Shown here in pieces: positions 63,975 through 64,000 of a DNA stretch of 64,000 nucleotides. The position numbers were made by a program, and so were the translations under genes. The notes under the pieces are model-generated. The model did no database searches and had not been told where the DNA came from. It saw only the letters and a list, made by a program, of their open reading frames with translations. Each line of letters starts with the position of its first letter. Within the stretch, counting starts at the first letter, position 1. The stretch lies in the IMG/VR virus record IMGVR_UViG_3300042485_001768; one strand, written 5' to 3'. The DNA is from a virus (Duplodnaviria > Heunggongvirae > Uroviricota > Caudoviricetes).

Positions 63975-64000
63975 TGGCAAGAAGAAGAAGAAGTGATGAG
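63974..64000 (+). CDS. 5' end of a truncated ORF (MARRRRSDE...), possibly phoH
   Basis: ATG coupled to the previous stop; the identity is inferred only from usual cyanophage synteny. Confidence 0.35.

Noticed and set aside
63720-63996. Antisense ORF 63720-63980 and alternate-frame ORF 63790-63996
   Set aside because: They overlap a better-supported coupled gene (63732-63974).
1-64000. CRISPR array, rRNA, integrase or transposase
   Set aside because: No regularly spaced repeat-spacer pattern or corresponding motifs were seen by eye.

Overview
This 64-kb window comes from a large AT-rich T4-like cyanomyovirus (Kyanoviridae-like, probably a freshwater Synechococcus/Cyanobium phage). Left to right: (1) a cluster of 14 tRNAs mixed with small ORFs and structured RNAs; (2) a GDP-fucose and glycosyltransferase island (gmd, fcl, GT11, GT6, GT4-like, GT25); (3) host-derived envelope, photosynthesis, redox and pentose-phosphate genes (SLH outer-membrane protein, two hli, petF, peroxiredoxin, psbA, psbD, talC, zwf, gnd), a lysis locus and an HNH gene; (4) a long tail/fibre structural block, including a 1326-aa repeat protein and three tandem Cys-rich paralogs; (5) a modification island (2OG-Fe(II) oxygenases, two carbamoyltransferases, a Trp-halogenase-like protein, ADP-heptose genes, a bilin reductase, sulfotransferase, speD); (6) a glutamine-riboswitch small-ORF operon, thyX and the start of probable phoH. 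The strongest observation is a candidate programmed -1 ribosomal frameshift at 16764-16836. An A_AAA_AAG slippery site followed by a near-perfect H-type pseudoknot would fuse a C39-like peptidase to a GH24 lysozyme that has no start codon of its own. Also notable are an NtcA box plus sigma70 promoter plus glutamine riboswitch driving three tiny ORFs, HLR1 (RpaB)-like boxes at four promoters, and a modular repeated RNA that encloses a membrane-protein ORF. All protein family calls come from motifs recognised by eye; no database search was run.
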